64,000 nt of DNA from an uncultured bacterium (GTDB lineage: Bacteria > Verrucomicrobiota > Verrucomicrobiia > Verrucomicrobiales > DEV007), in NCBI GenBank assembly GCA_963977015.1, contig CAXBMO010000020.1:1-64000 (forward strand), written 5' to 3'. The stretch's first letter is position 1; each line of letters starts with the position of its first letter. The translations under genes were made by a program, and so were the position numbers. Below, in pieces: positions 1 through 11,297 of the stretch. The notes beneath the pieces were generated by a model. It worked only from the letters and a program-made list of their open reading frames with translations. It was not told where the DNA came from and ran no database searches.

Positions 1-604
<604 letters not shown>

Positions 605-786
605 GAGCATCCTCTTGAAATGCGTTATTGAGTAGTAAGCATTCGTAAGCGTGAAATGAACGAAATACCTATTTATGCAGTTGTCAGAGAGTTACTTTCC
701 TCGCGAAGAAGTGAAACGTTCTTTGAAAAACAGGCACATCGAAATGTCACCAGAGATCCGGACTTCCCCCTAAAGCGAAGTTCGTC

Positions 787-903
787 CTCTGGTGACTATA
801 GCACAGTGGCACCACCCGGCTCCATCCCGAACCCGGCAGTGAAACGCTGTTGCGCCGATGGTAGTGCGGCGAAAGGCCGTGTGAGAGTAGGTCGTTGCCA
901 GAG
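787..903 (+). rRNA. rrf: 5S rRNA
   Basis: CTCTGGTGAC...CCATCCCGAACCCGGCAGTGAAAC...GCCGATGGTAGT...GAGAGTAGGTCGTTGCCAGAG; ends pair; ~117 nt, downstream of 23S. Confidence 0.97.
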
Positions 904-909
904 TTTTTT

Positions 910-947
910 CCCCACCTTCCTGTGAAAACAGGAGGTGGGGTTTTTTT
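910..947 (+). terminator. Intrinsic terminator of the rRNA operon
   Basis: CCCCACCTTCCTGT-GAAA-ACAGGAGGTGGGG followed by T7. Confidence 0.9.
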
Positions 948-1100
948 GTTTACGGGAAGCGCCTTCAGCTCATCTTCGTCTGGTCTCCATAAGGCAACCG
1001 ATTCACATCCCCTTCCGTCTACACTCCAATTGCCTTCAATTAGTGATTGTGTTTCCGATTTTTGAAATTTGAGTTTTCCGAATCGTCTAGCTTCACCACC

Positions 1101-2147
1101 ATGCATCGCTTTTTGCTCATCGGGATTTCCTGCTGCTTCGTTTTCTTCGACTCAAACGTTTTTGGGCAGGGAGACTTCAAGCCACTTGGCCTCACTCTGC
1201 CGACCGAAAACAAGGCCATCTTCTCGAAGAACCAGAGCCAGTTCTACATGTACACCAATCGAAATTTCGAGGGTGTCCGGAGTACTCCGTGGACCGCCGG
1301 AAAATATGGCTTCGTCCGCAACCAACGTAGAAGCGCAGAAGGCATTATCATGACCCGCTTCCATGAAGGGATCGATATTCGCCCCTTACAGAGAGACAAA
1401 TCAGGCAATCCGCTTGATATGGTTCGCGCGATCGCGCCCGGTAAGGTTGTTCACGTCAACAGCACCTCCTCTCATTCCAGCTACGGCAAGTACGTCGTGG
1501 TGGAACATGATTGGGGCTACGGTCCGTTCTACAGTCTTTCTGCGCACCTGATGGATACAAGGGTCAAAGTTGGGCAGAAAGTCACCAATGCTACGGTGCT
1601 CGGGCGTCTTGGCTATACGGGCAACGGAATCGACCGCACTCGCGCTCATGTCCATCTGGAGCTCAATCTGTTACTGAGCAAACGCTTTGAGAGTTATCAC
1701 AAAAAACACTACCGGACGCCCAATTATCACGGCAACTTCAATGGAATCAATCTGGCGGGTTTGGACATCGCAGGGCTTTATCAGAGGCAAAAAGAGGACC
1801 CCAGTCTCTCCATTCCTGAGTTCCTGACGCGGATGGAAGTTCATCACAAAGCTCTTGTGCCACGCAAAGGTAACCTAGAGATCCTTTCCCGGTATCCGTT
1901 TCTCGGGAAGAATCTGGATCAAGCCGGAAGTTCGCCATCCTGGGAAATCCACTTCAGCCGATCAGGAATTCCACTCCAAATCTCGCCCTCCAGCCAACGC
2001 GTCTCTCGACCGACGATCAGTTGGGTCAAGTATTCCAAGACCTATCATAGCTATCTCACTCGTGGGCGACTGACGGGAAGCGGTTCAAAAGGTGGATTTA
2101 GCGATAGTGGCCTGCGCTATATTGCCCTTTTGACCGGCCAATTTTAG
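1101..2147 (+). CDS. M23 family metallopeptidase, exported
   Basis: Signal peptide; HEGID (HxxxD), YGKYVVVEH and HVHLE (HxH) motifs; ATG at 1101 chosen. Confidence 0.85.
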   Translation: MHRFLLIGISCCFVFFDSNVFGQGDFKPLGLTLPTENKAIFSKNQSQFYMYTNRNFEGVRSTPWTAGKYGFVRNQRRSAEGIIMTRFHEGIDIRPLQRDKSGNPLDMVRAIAPGKVVHVNSTSSHSSYGKYVVVEHDWGYGPFYSLSAHLMDTRVKVGQKVTNATVLGRLGYTGNGIDRTRAHVHLELNLLLSKRFESYHKKHYRTPNYHGNFNGINLAGLDIAGLYQRQKEDPSLSIPEFLTRMEVHHKALVPRKGNLEILSRYPFLGKNLDQAGSSPSWEIHFSRSGIPLQISPSSQRVSRPTISWVKYSKTYHSYLTRGRLTGSGSKGGFSDSGLRYIALLTGQF

Positions 2148-2301
2148 AAATAGCTTTTCCCATTCTAAGGAGCGTTCGAAAATAGAAAAGAGGCACTCTG
2201 CGAGTGATTCTTTCGTGGCTTCTGTGAGTGTTCAGCACCCTCACAAAGTCCCATTCAGTATTCTTCAGTGGAGAATGCCCCGCATCTCGAACGGGACCTG
2301 T

Positions 2302-4140
2302 CTAAAAGACTTTCCGTTCGTTTTCCTCCAACCAAGAGCTCACTTCCTGAAGAAACTGCTCTCCAAAATCAGCCAGTTTCTTGGCCCCTACCCCGGGAAT
2401 TTCAAGAAACTCGTTTTCGTCGCCGGGATAGCTTCTGGAGATATGCCGGAGCGTTTGATCTCCAAAAATCACATAGGGCGGAACATCCCGCTCATCGGCA
2501 AGCCGCTTTCGCAAATTTCGGAGGACATTGAAGAGACCTTCGTCACAAGCAACAGATCCCGCACGCGCAACTTTGGATACCGATTTCTCTTCGCCTGCCG
2601 AAGGTGATTTTGTCAGGCTCAGTGTTTCGCGGTTGCGGAGAAATGCCAACCCCTTGTCTCCGATCCCAATCGTCTGAAATTTATCTTGGCTGAGTTGGGC
2701 ATACCCAAGCCTGACCAATTCCCGCCCTACATGCATCCATTCCTCACGTGGAAGCTCTCGCCCAATCCCGTGGGTGCTAAGTTGATCATGCCCCCATTTG
2801 CGAATCTTCTCCGTTTGCCCTCCGGTCAGTACTTCTACGGCGTGTTTGAGCCCCAAGTCAAATCGGCTTTTCTGCCGAATCCGAACCAGGCAGGAAAGGA
2901 GTTTCTGAGCCGCTTCCGTCGCATCCCATTCCTCTCTGGGGTCCAGACAGATATCGCAGGCTCCGCAATTCTGCTCTGACCAATCTTCACCGAAATATCC
3001 TAACAGCGAAACCCGACGACACACCGTGCTATCAGCAAAATCGACCATCTGCCCCATCTGTCTTCTCGCGATCTCCGCCGCTCCCTTGTCTGACATTTCG
3101 TCCAGAAACTTCAGGTTCTTGAAGATGTCTCCCCGCGAAAACAGCAGGACACAATCAGAGGGCAAGCCATCCCGGCCGGCACGCCCGGTCTCCTGATAGT
3201 ATCCCTCCACATTCTTGGGAAGATCCGCATGAATGACATAGCGCACATTCGGTTTATCGATTCCCATGCCGAAAGCAACCGTCGCGCAGACCACTTTTGC
3301 TTCGTCACGCAGAAAGGCCTCCTGATTTGCTGAACGCACGCTTTGATCGAGACCTGCATGGTAAGCCAACGCAGAAATCCCGTTTTGCTGTAAGGCCTCT
3401 GCCAGGCTCTCTGCCGTTTTCCGGGCCTGTACATAAACGATTCCGGATTCCGCCGAGCGTTCCCGGATGTAGTCACAAACCTGTTGAACGGATTTCTTCT
3501 TCGGAACAATGGTGTAGTTCAGATTTGGCCGATTGAAGCTCGCAACAAATGTTTCCGGCTCGTGTAAGCCGAGCTGCGACGCAATGTCCTCGCGGACACG
3601 TTCCGTCGCCGTAGCCGTCAGGGCAATCAACGGAACGTCCCGAAGTTCTCCCCTCAATTTCGCCATCTGGCGATACTCCGGTCGGAAGTCGTGTCCCCAT
3701 TCGCTGATGCAGTGAGCTTCATCCACCGCAATCGCCTGGAGATTCCAACGCTTCAGATCCTGAATAGAATCTCCAGCCATAATCCGTTCCGGAGCGACAT
3801 AGAGAAGCTTGTATTCGCCTGCATTCAGCCCACGAAAGCGCTCGCGAGCTTCTTCCCTTTCGAGCGATGAATTGAGAAACGTCGCGGGAACGCCACTGGC
3901 CGTCAGCGAGTCCACCTGATCCTTCATCAACGCGATGAGCGGAGAGACCACCAACGTCAGACCGTCCCGGGCAAGCGCTGGCAATTGGTAACAGAGCGAC
4001 TTTCCTGCTCCCGTTGGAAGAATTGCGAGCACATCCTTCCCCGACATGCCTGCTTTCACGATTTCTTCCTGGAGAGGCCGAAATGAATCGTAGCCAAAAT
4101 TCTCCTTCAGCAGAACACGTAACTGATCAATCTCGGTCAT
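2302..4140 (-). CDS. recQ: ATP-dependent DNA helicase RecQ
   Basis: PTGAGKSLCYQLP, DEAHCISEWGHDFRPEY, QETGRAGRDG, Zn-binding CRR...CGACDIC, RQC and C-terminal HRDC (VPPYVIFGDQTL). Confidence 0.97.
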   Translation of the reverse strand: MTEIDQLRVLLKENFGYDSFRPLQEEIVKAGMSGKDVLAILPTGAGKSLCYQLPALARDGLTLVVSPLIALMKDQVDSLTASGVPATFLNSSLEREEARERFRGLNAGEYKLLYVAPERIMAGDSIQDLKRWNLQAIAVDEAHCISEWGHDFRPEYRQMAKLRGELRDVPLIALTATATERVREDIASQLGLHEPETFVASFNRPNLNYTIVPKKKSVQQVCDYIRERSAESGIVYVQARKTAESLAEALQQNGISALAYHAGLDQSVRSANQEAFLRDEAKVVCATVAFGMGIDKPNVRYVIHADLPKNVEGYYQETGRAGRDGLPSDCVLLFSRGDIFKNLKFLDEMSDKGAAEIARRQMGQMVDFADSTVCRRVSLLGYFGEDWSEQNCGACDICLDPREEWDATEAAQKLLSCLVRIRQKSRFDLGLKHAVEVLTGGQTEKIRKWGHDQLSTHGIGRELPREEWMHVGRELVRLGYAQLSQDKFQTIGIGDKGLAFLRNRETLSLTKSPSAGEEKSVSKVARAGSVACDEGLFNVLRNLRKRLADERDVPPYVIFGDQTLRHISRSYPGDENEFLEIPGVGAKKLADFGEQFLQEVSSWLEENERKVF

Positions 4141-4250
4141 TCCCTTTGTTTGGTGAACCCTAACAAGGTCATCTGCTCTTGCCAGAAAAAGATTCGGCTG
4201 ATCTTTGAATCACCCGTTGACCCGATCGACCAGAACGCGAAGCTGGAGGG

Positions 4251-5600
4251 ATGAACAACCCCTTTTGTCTCTGTTTGCTCTTTGTCGGGCTTCTGACCAA
4301 TCAGATTTCAGCTCAAGAGCCAACTCCCCTGCCCTTTGATCCGCAAGATGGAGAGACGGTCGTCTTTCTCGGCGACTCAATCACCCACCAATGTCTTTAT
4401 ACTCAATATCTTGAGAATTTTTTCCTGACACGTTATCCGGATCGCCAAATCCGGTTTCACAATGCGGGAGTATCCGGCGACAAAGTAGGAGATGTCTTGA
4501 CTCGTTTTGATGATGATGTCGCGGCTTATGTCCCTGATTATATCACCATCCTCCTCGGGATGAACGATGGCCAGTATGAGGACTTTAATGCCGAGACGTT
4601 CGCGACCTATCAGTCCGGCATGAAGGAACTCCTGGACCATATCAACAGCCTGGAAGCAAAGCCCATTCTTCTTTCACCGACGATGTTTGATCATGCGACG
4701 GTCGCTCGCCGGATCGACGATTCCACCTGGCGCTTTCGGACCCGTGAGTTCTCCCCAAATTACAATGCCCTGATGGCATTCTACGGCGGATGGACCCTGG
4801 AAGAAGCAGGCCGGCACCGCATTCCCTTTGTGAATCTTTGGGCTCCACTGAATACCCACACGATCGCGCAACGACTTCAGCAACCAGATTTCACCATGAT
4901 CAATGATGCAATTCATCCCCAGGCATCCGGTCAATTTGTGATGGCATTTGAAACCCTCTCGCAGCTGGGGGTCCGGAAGCGTTCCGCCAACGCCATTGCG
5001 ATCACAAAACGTGGCAATCGATGGATCGGCAAAGGGGTTGAAAACTTGACGACTTCTGAAGACGGCCGGGAGCTTCGTTTCTCCTACCAACCCGAGTCTC
5101 TTCCCTGGGTAATCCCGGAGGATCAATCTTCCATCGACTTAAAATGGCAGCTTCCCTCTGATGGGCGCCTGGGCTATACCATCACCAAAGCTGGCCACAA
5201 ATTGAGTGCAGACCGGTTGAAGATTGCCGGATTGGAACCTGGGGACTACGACGTATCGATCAATGGCCAATCCATCGGGGTCTGGAATCACATCTCGTTG
5301 GGAACCAAGATCGAGATTCAGGAGAATCCAAAAACCCCGCAATACCAGCAAGCCCTGCAGGTTGCCCTCCTCAATCAAAAGCGCAACGACGAGTTCGTAA
5401 GGCCGCTTCGAAACACTTGGGCTCAGATCAAGGGCTACCGCCGGAAGATCGCTGAAGGAGACTCCCACTTGGAAACAAAGCTCGATCAGACCATGCTCGA
5501 AGCCAAGACCCTCAGCGATGCGGCGATGAATTCCCTTGTGGAAATCTACCAGGTTGCTGAACCAAAGAGACAGGACTGGTTGATTCGAAGGGTCGAATGA
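4251..5600 (+). CDS. SGNH/GDSL family hydrolase, exported
   Basis: Signal peptide; FLGDSIT, NAGVSGD, LGMND and DAIHP blocks. Confidence 0.9.
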   Translation: MNNPFCLCLLFVGLLTNQISAQEPTPLPFDPQDGETVVFLGDSITHQCLYTQYLENFFLTRYPDRQIRFHNAGVSGDKVGDVLTRFDDDVAAYVPDYITILLGMNDGQYEDFNAETFATYQSGMKELLDHINSLEAKPILLSPTMFDHATVARRIDDSTWRFRTREFSPNYNALMAFYGGWTLEEAGRHRIPFVNLWAPLNTHTIAQRLQQPDFTMINDAIHPQASGQFVMAFETLSQLGVRKRSANAIAITKRGNRWIGKGVENLTTSEDGRELRFSYQPESLPWVIPEDQSSIDLKWQLPSDGRLGYTITKAGHKLSADRLKIAGLEPGDYDVSINGQSIGVWNHISLGTKIEIQENPKTPQYQQALQVALLNQKRNDEFVRPLRNTWAQIKGYRRKIAEGDSHLETKLDQTMLEAKTLSDAAMNSLVEIYQVAEPKRQDWLIRRVE

Positions 5601-5628
5601 GTTCAATCCTACTCATCCAAGCGCAACA

Positions 5629-5663
5629 GCAACCCCGGCTGATCATTCTTCAACCGGGGCTGC
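5629..5663 (-). terminator. Hairpin between convergent genes, probable terminator
   Basis: Minus strand GCAGCCCCGGTTGA-loop-TCAGCCGGGGTTGC; weak U-tract. Confidence 0.5.
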
Positions 5664-5694
5664 CCGTGCACTAACGTTGTTTATGTATGGAACT

Positions 5695-6300
5695 TTAGAA
5701 GGTAACTCTCTTTGCTCGCATCCGGTCACTTGAAAACCGGTCGCGATCACTTCCTGAGTGCGAATTGACCGGTCGACGTTCCCGGCCAAAATCACGCTCG
5801 TTTACCCGTCCATGGCCGTGGTCACCGTGAGAATCCCCCACATTGCAGGACCGCTCGAGGGAACGAAGCGCACTCTGGGTTTGGCTTAACCGAATACGGA
5901 TGGGGCGGTTCAAACTCATGCGGGACATTCGGCTCAGGTCTTCTTCAATATGCCGAATCTGGCCGATCAAGGATCTCTCCGATTTTCCCTGATGAACGGA
6001 TCTCACCAACTGTCTCGAATGTTCGTCCACTGCCGCGCCCAAAGAATGAAGCGCGTTCATCGAATTCGATCTCGAACGCCGATCTCGTTCCGTTCGGTGG
6101 CTAAACCGGCTATTGTTGCTATAGCGAATCGACGCATCAATGACCCGGTGCAATTCTTCAACTGAGCGTTCAAACTCTTTCGCTCGGGAAAGGAGAGCAT
6201 AGTTTCCACGATCGCCATGGGGGGCTGCATAGGAGGTTATTGAACTAATCAGCAGCACGACTCCGGCTGCTGCGATGGTTATCTTTGGGGTATATATCAT
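5695..6300 (-). CDS. Hypothetical exported helical protein
   Basis: 201-aa ORF with signal peptide (SYA-AP), amphipathic helices and an Arg/His-rich tail. Confidence 0.65.
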   Translation of the reverse strand: MIYTPKITIAAAGVVLLISSITSYAAPHGDRGNYALLSRAKEFERSVEELHRVIDASIRYSNNSRFSHRTERDRRSRSNSMNALHSLGAAVDEHSRQLVRSVHQGKSERSLIGQIRHIEEDLSRMSRMSLNRPIRIRLSQTQSALRSLERSCNVGDSHGDHGHGRVNERDFGRERRPVNSHSGSDRDRFSSDRMRAKRVTF

Positions 6301-6635
6301 TATATCAGGGTATTAAGGTATGGATGCTCCCAGACGCTCACCTGAACTTCAATTGCACCATTCGCGACAAAGCGTGCCTAACCAACTACCCCAAGATTTA
6401 TTCAATCTTTTCCGCAGAATGACCAATCAATCCTTTTCTGATCGATGCCCCTAACCGAGACTCAATCATTTCCTTCCTGCTGCCAATCTCCCCCTTTCCA
6501 CGGCAAGCCTAGTGGAAACTCGGCGACTTCCGACAATCGTTGAGTCCCGATTAATCAAGGACAGTTAATCACCAAAAATGCTTTGATTTCTTGGAACTTG
6601 GGTATTTAAGACTAGTAATCCTAACACTTTACCCC

Positions 6636-7790
6636 ATGTCCACCTCTCAACGGCACCATTTTCTGAGGATTCTCGTCTGCCTCTTCGGGTTTCTTCTCGC
6701 ACCAATCTCAACCCAGGCCCAATTGGATTTCTACACGGAGGCCGAAACGTCATTGATCGATGTCGGGGCCGGGGCAGCCTACAGTGACATGATGAGCGAG
6801 GGCTGGATCGATGCGGTCATTCCGCTCCACAGTCGCGATAAATTCGCCGTTGGATTTCACGGTCGCTACGCGGGAAGCGAGTTCGACCGCTCAGATTACT
6901 CGATTGGTCTCATCACCGGATTCTGGTTTGAACGCGCCAATCTCATCACCAATCTCTACGGCTATTGGGATCGTCACGAATTCGCCAGCGGCGACTTTGA
7001 TGAAGCCGTTTTCGGAGCCGAATTTCGCCATCCGCGTTGGGGAGAACTGCGGGCCGCAGCCCACCTTCCCGAAGACGGAGTTTTCGTGACCGGAGTTCGT
7101 CAGGTATCCTCCGGTTCTTCGGAAACGGAAGTTTTCTCTCAAACCCGGATTGAGGTCGAGGGAAGAACCACGAGAATTTTTGAGGATCGCCGCACGACGG
7201 TGACCGAGACCACGATCGACACGGTTTTTCGCGATTTTCTTGAAAATGGCGACGCTTTTGAGGTCGAATACGGACGTCGCCTCCCCTGGTTCGATCGCTA
7301 CGGCAATCTGGGGCTGTTCGTCGGCTACAGCTGGTGGGATCGATCGGTGGAGCCGATCGAAGGGATCTCAGCGCGTCTCCAATTTGCGTTCAACGATTAT
7401 CTCGCCGTCCAGGTGCGCTATTTTGAGGACGATTTGATCCTGGGCGGCCAAGACCACTGGCGGTTCGAAATTGCGGGTCGAATTCCGCTCGGACGCCGCG
7501 AATTGCCAACCCGCGGAACTTTCCTCGGAAGCGGACCCAAAGCTGCCGCCATCGACGAACCTCGCCCGGCTTTGCTGAATCGCCCATCCCGCATCACATG
7601 GCCGGTTTTCGGTCGTGGCCAACGGATTGACTCCGACACCACGGTTAGTTCCGCCACCACGAATGAAACCATCCTTCTTCAGCTCATCATCGAACCCGAG
7701 CCCGAACCTGTCGTGGCAGCGGAATCCGGTGGTGGTGGTGGTGGCGGAAACACACCTCCTCCGGACATGGAGGAGGAAGTCGATGAATAA
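6636..7790 (+). CDS. Inverse-autotransporter-like beta-barrel outer-membrane protein with no clear passenger
   Basis: Signal peptide (TQA-Q); alternating amphipathic strands (SIGLITGFW, NLYGYWD, FGAEF, LFVGYSWW, GRIPLG) in the order typical of IAT_beta domains. Confidence 0.6.
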   Translation: MSTSQRHHFLRILVCLFGFLLAPISTQAQLDFYTEAETSLIDVGAGAAYSDMMSEGWIDAVIPLHSRDKFAVGFHGRYAGSEFDRSDYSIGLITGFWFERANLITNLYGYWDRHEFASGDFDEAVFGAEFRHPRWGELRAAAHLPEDGVFVTGVRQVSSGSSETEVFSQTRIEVEGRTTRIFEDRRTTVTETTIDTVFRDFLENGDAFEVEYGRRLPWFDRYGNLGLFVGYSWWDRSVEPIEGISARLQFAFNDYLAVQVRYFEDDLILGGQDHWRFEIAGRIPLGRRELPTRGTFLGSGPKAAAIDEPRPALLNRPSRITWPVFGRGQRIDSDTTVSSATTNETILLQLIIEPEPEPVVAAESGGGGGGGNTPPPDMEEEVDE

Positions 7791-7822
7791 GGCGAACTGG
7801 ATTAACTTCTATCCCGTTCGTA

Positions 7823-8698
7823 TCAGGTATCCATCAGGTCTGCGCTGATCTTTCCATCTGCGATCGCGACTTTCAGGCAAAAATCATCGGTCCCCACCTT
7901 GATCGGCACCAGAATGTGGCTGCCTTCAATACGAATTTTACCACCCTCAATCAGGATGTCACCCAACGGGGTTCCTTCGATGGGTTTGTCAGGAATGATC
8001 CGGGGATCACTGAGAATCGATTGGAGGAAGGAGGATGTGATTTCGAGTTTCGCGCTCATGTTGGAACCGGGTTGAACCGATAAATCAGGTTGTCGCTTGG
8101 TGGTTAGGGAAATTCTGACTTCGTTGTCGACCCGGATCTCCGTGATCTCGAGCCAAGGCCAATCGGCCAACAGACTGGCAATGCCAACGCCAACCCGCTT
8201 GCCATCCACGTGGACCTCTTCCTTCGCAAACCGCATCGCCCCCTCATCAAGTGGCGTGCTTGGCGCGGGCGTGGAACTTGTGGTGATCGGCTTGGCGGTG
8301 GTGATGGGGCGGCTCCCTTTCCGGGTCATATTGCGTCGCTTGGCCCGGCGCGTCCGGTTTTTCACCACCTTTTCGTGAAGCTTCTTGTGCATCATCTTGA
8401 TGGCGACCTTGAGCCCCGTGTTCACCACACGATCAAACGCGCCTCCTTCCGACTTCGGTGTAAACCAGAGAATGCCGTCCTTCTCCTTGATGTCGGCCAA
8501 GACCATTTCCCGCTTGCCGGTAATCTTCCCTTCCAGCGGGATTCGAACCTCATCGTTCCTCAACTGCAGGCGGGAGATGAAAATGTCGAGTTGGCCTCTG
8601 AAAACGCCGACCGGCACCTTCATCGTTTCCTCTTCTGCGATGGCCGTCAGAAGCTTCGCCACCACGTGTTGGCTAATATTTGCGTTGATGGTATTCAC
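7823..8698 (-). CDS. Hypothetical protein
   Basis: 291-aa ORF filling the gap between flanking genes; basic/Thr-Pro linker between two beta-rich halves. Confidence 0.65.
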   Translation of the reverse strand: MNTINANISQHVVAKLLTAIAEEETMKVPVGVFRGQLDIFISRLQLRNDEVRIPLEGKITGKREMVLADIKEKDGILWFTPKSEGGAFDRVVNTGLKVAIKMMHKKLHEKVVKNRTRRAKRRNMTRKGSRPITTAKPITTSSTPAPSTPLDEGAMRFAKEEVHVDGKRVGVGIASLLADWPWLEITEIRVDNEVRISLTTKRQPDLSVQPGSNMSAKLEITSSFLQSILSDPRIIPDKPIEGTPLGDILIEGGKIRIEGSHILVPIKVGTDDFCLKVAIADGKISADLMDT

Positions 8699-8777
8699 CC
8701 GTTCTGTCCTCGAAGTGGCGCGAGTCTAGCGGGTCGCCCAAAATCGCGCAAGGTTTGTTTTTCCCTTCACCGGCAAC

Positions 8778-11243
8778 ATGAAAGCTTGGTCATCTGCAAC
8801 CCGTGTTTTCAGGAACGTGGAGATTCGATTGATCTTTAGCCTGATGCTCGGCATCACTTATGCGGCAATCCCGGCCAGCCCGGTCACCGCCAGTGCTGCT
8901 GACATCGACGAGACGTATCGGCAGGAAGTCCGGCCGCTTCTCGCCGAGCTTTGCTTCGAGTGTCATGGCGCCGAAAAACAAAAGGGCGACATCCGCTTCG
9001 ACACACGGAACCCCGATTTGACCGATCCAGCTGAGGTCGAGCTTTGGCACGACGCAATGGATCAGATCAACCTTGGCGAAATGCCGCCGCGCAAAGCCGG
9101 GCAACCCGATTCGGAGCAACGCAAGACGCTCGTTGCCTGGATGTCCAGCGCCTTGCGCCATGCCGCGGAAACCTCCCGCTACAACGAAGGACGCGTCGTC
9201 ACCCGCCGGCTGACCCGCTACGAATACGCCAATACGATGCGCGACCTGCTCGGTGTCGATCTTGACTTTGCCCGCGAAGTTCCCCCGGATCCCGCTTCTG
9301 CCGAAGGATTCGTCAACAACGGCGCGACGCTCGAAATGTCGCCAACCCAAATCGAAACTTACCTTTCCATTGCTCGAAAAGGGATGGCCGAAGCCATTGT
9401 CACTGGCGAGCGCCCCAAGCTTCATCAGTTTACCCAGGACCAAACGGCCAAGGGCAACCTGCCGAATCGCAAGGTGCAGGGCCACGTCGCCGTCAATCCC
9501 GAGTTTATTCTCGACCTCAAGCAATACCCTCGCGCTGGAGAATTCGAGGTGCGGGTGCAGGCACGAGCCGCGATTCCCAAGGGTCAGGACTTCCCCCGCA
9601 TTCAACTCACCCTCGGCCACGTTCCCGGCATCATTCACGTGCCGCGTGGCGAAATCGGATCGGCAGACGTCTCCACCGAGTCCCAGGTATTTACCTTTCG
9701 AGGCCGGATGGAAGACTTCCCGTTGCCTGGCCCCATCTCGTTCGGCAGCTCCGGCTTCAAAGGCATGATCGTGATGGTCGATTTCGTCGATGCGGACGGA
9801 AAGGAACTGCGTTACCCGGATCAACAATACGCGCGCAATCCCGCCAAGCCGAAAAAGGGCCAAAAACCGAAACCGCGTCCGACTCCCCCACCCTTTGGAT
9901 CGCGTCTCGACATCAAGATCGAGTCGATCGAGTTCGAAGCGCCTGTCTTCGCAAGCTGGCCGCCTCCGAGTCATCGGCAGCTCGTGGGTGACTCCAAGAA
10001 CCCAGACGCTCGCGAACTCCTGAAGTCGTTCATGACCCGCGCCTATCGACGTCCCGTGACTGCGGCGGAGTTGGATCGGCAAATGCGATTGTTCGCCACG
10101 TTGGAACAACGATCCGATTCGTTCGAAGCCGCGATTCGCGAAACGTTCGCCTCAGTCCTCGTCTCGCCGCATTTCCTTTACCGCGTCGAGTCCAGACCTG
10201 AGATCGCTGAAGCACGTGCCACACCCACCTCCCTTTCTCCCTATGAATTGGCTTCGCGACTCTCCTACTTTCTCTGGAGTTCGATGCCGGACGATCGCCT
10301 TTTTGAACTCGCCGCCTCCGGTCGCCTTCACGATCCCCAGGTTCTTGACGACGAGGTTTCGCGCATGCTCGCCGATCCCCGCGCCAAGCAATTTGCCGGC
10401 CACTTCACGGATCAATGGCTCGATCTCGAGGCCCTCGATCGCATCGCGGTCAATCCGGAGTTCTTCCCGAATTTCAACAACGCACTGAAAGACGACATGC
10501 GGACCGAAACCCACGCGGTGTTTGCCGAAATCCTCCACAGCGACGGAAGCGCACTTGACCTGCTCGACTCGGATTGGACGATGCTCAATCGCCCTCTCGC
10601 ACGGCACTACGGACTGGCAGGACCGCGTTCGTCCGCCTTCGAAATGGTCGCGCTCAATCCGGAGGATCACCGCGGCGGTCTTCTCACCCAAAGCGCCTTT
10701 CTTCTCGCCGCCTCCAATGGCGAAGACTCGCACCCCATCAAACGCGCCGTCTGGATTCTGGACCGTCTCCTCGACTCGCCTCCCGCGCCACCGCCACCGG
10801 ACGTTCCCGATCTCGACCCCGCGAACCCCGATCTCGCCGGGCTTAGCCTCAAAGATCAACTCGCCGTTCATCGCGAAAAGGAATCCTGCACCAGTTGCCA
10901 CGAAGGGATCGATCCGTGGGGCATCCCGTTGGAAAACTACGACGCCGTCGGCCGGTGGCGATCGCAGATCAAGGACGCTCCCGTTGATGCCGCCAGCACC
11001 CTTCCCAACGGCGAAACCATTGACGGCATTCGCGAACTCCAGGCTTTCCTCCTCAGCGATCGACGCGACTGGTTTGCCCGTTCCCTCGTCAAACGCCTCC
11101 TGAGCTACGCCCTTGGTCGTTCGCTCGATCTCGGCGATCGTCCCGTCGTCGAGACGCTGACCGAAGATTTCGTCGCCAGTGATTTCCGCCTGCAACGCCT
11201 CATCATCGACCTGGTGCAGAGCGAGGCTTTTCTCACGAAGTAG
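8778..11243 (+). CDS. DUF1592-type (PSD/Planctomycete cytochrome c) multidomain protein
   Basis: CFECH, MPP, RRLTRYEYANTMRDLLG, YELASRLSYFLWSSMPD, CTSCH...IDPWG, LLSYALGR; start may be downstream. Confidence 0.92.
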   Translation: MKAWSSATRVFRNVEIRLIFSLMLGITYAAIPASPVTASAADIDETYRQEVRPLLAELCFECHGAEKQKGDIRFDTRNPDLTDPAEVELWHDAMDQINLGEMPPRKAGQPDSEQRKTLVAWMSSALRHAAETSRYNEGRVVTRRLTRYEYANTMRDLLGVDLDFAREVPPDPASAEGFVNNGATLEMSPTQIETYLSIARKGMAEAIVTGERPKLHQFTQDQTAKGNLPNRKVQGHVAVNPEFILDLKQYPRAGEFEVRVQARAAIPKGQDFPRIQLTLGHVPGIIHVPRGEIGSADVSTESQVFTFRGRMEDFPLPGPISFGSSGFKGMIVMVDFVDADGKELRYPDQQYARNPAKPKKGQKPKPRPTPPPFGSRLDIKIESIEFEAPVFASWPPPSHRQLVGDSKNPDARELLKSFMTRAYRRPVTAAELDRQMRLFATLEQRSDSFEAAIRETFASVLVSPHFLYRVESRPEIAEARATPTSLSPYELASRLSYFLWSSMPDDRLFELAASGRLHDPQVLDDEVSRMLADPRAKQFAGHFTDQWLDLEALDRIAVNPEFFPNFNNALKDDMRTETHAVFAEILHSDGSALDLLDSDWTMLNRPLARHYGLAGPRSSAFEMVALNPEDHRGGLLTQSAFLLAASNGEDSHPIKRAVWILDRLLDSPPAPPPPDVPDLDPANPDLAGLSLKDQLAVHREKESCTSCHEGIDPWGIPLENYDAVGRWRSQIKDAPVDAASTLPNGETIDGIRELQAFLLSDRRDWFARSLVKRLLSYALGRSLDLGDRPVVETLTEDFVASDFRLQRLIIDLVQSEAFLTK

Positions 11244-11297
11244 TCCGGGCGCTTTTTCCGACATAAATCGCCCGATCACACCGTGTAAGAAGGAGAC

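Noticed and set aside
6360-6382. Sigma-54 promoter upstream of the 5695-6300 gene
   Set aside because: AGGCACGCTTTGTCGC has GG-N11-GC rather than the required GG-N10-GC spacing
7728-7748. GGT trinucleotide run as a phase-variation tract
   Set aside because: In-frame poly-Gly linker; slippage would not shift the frame
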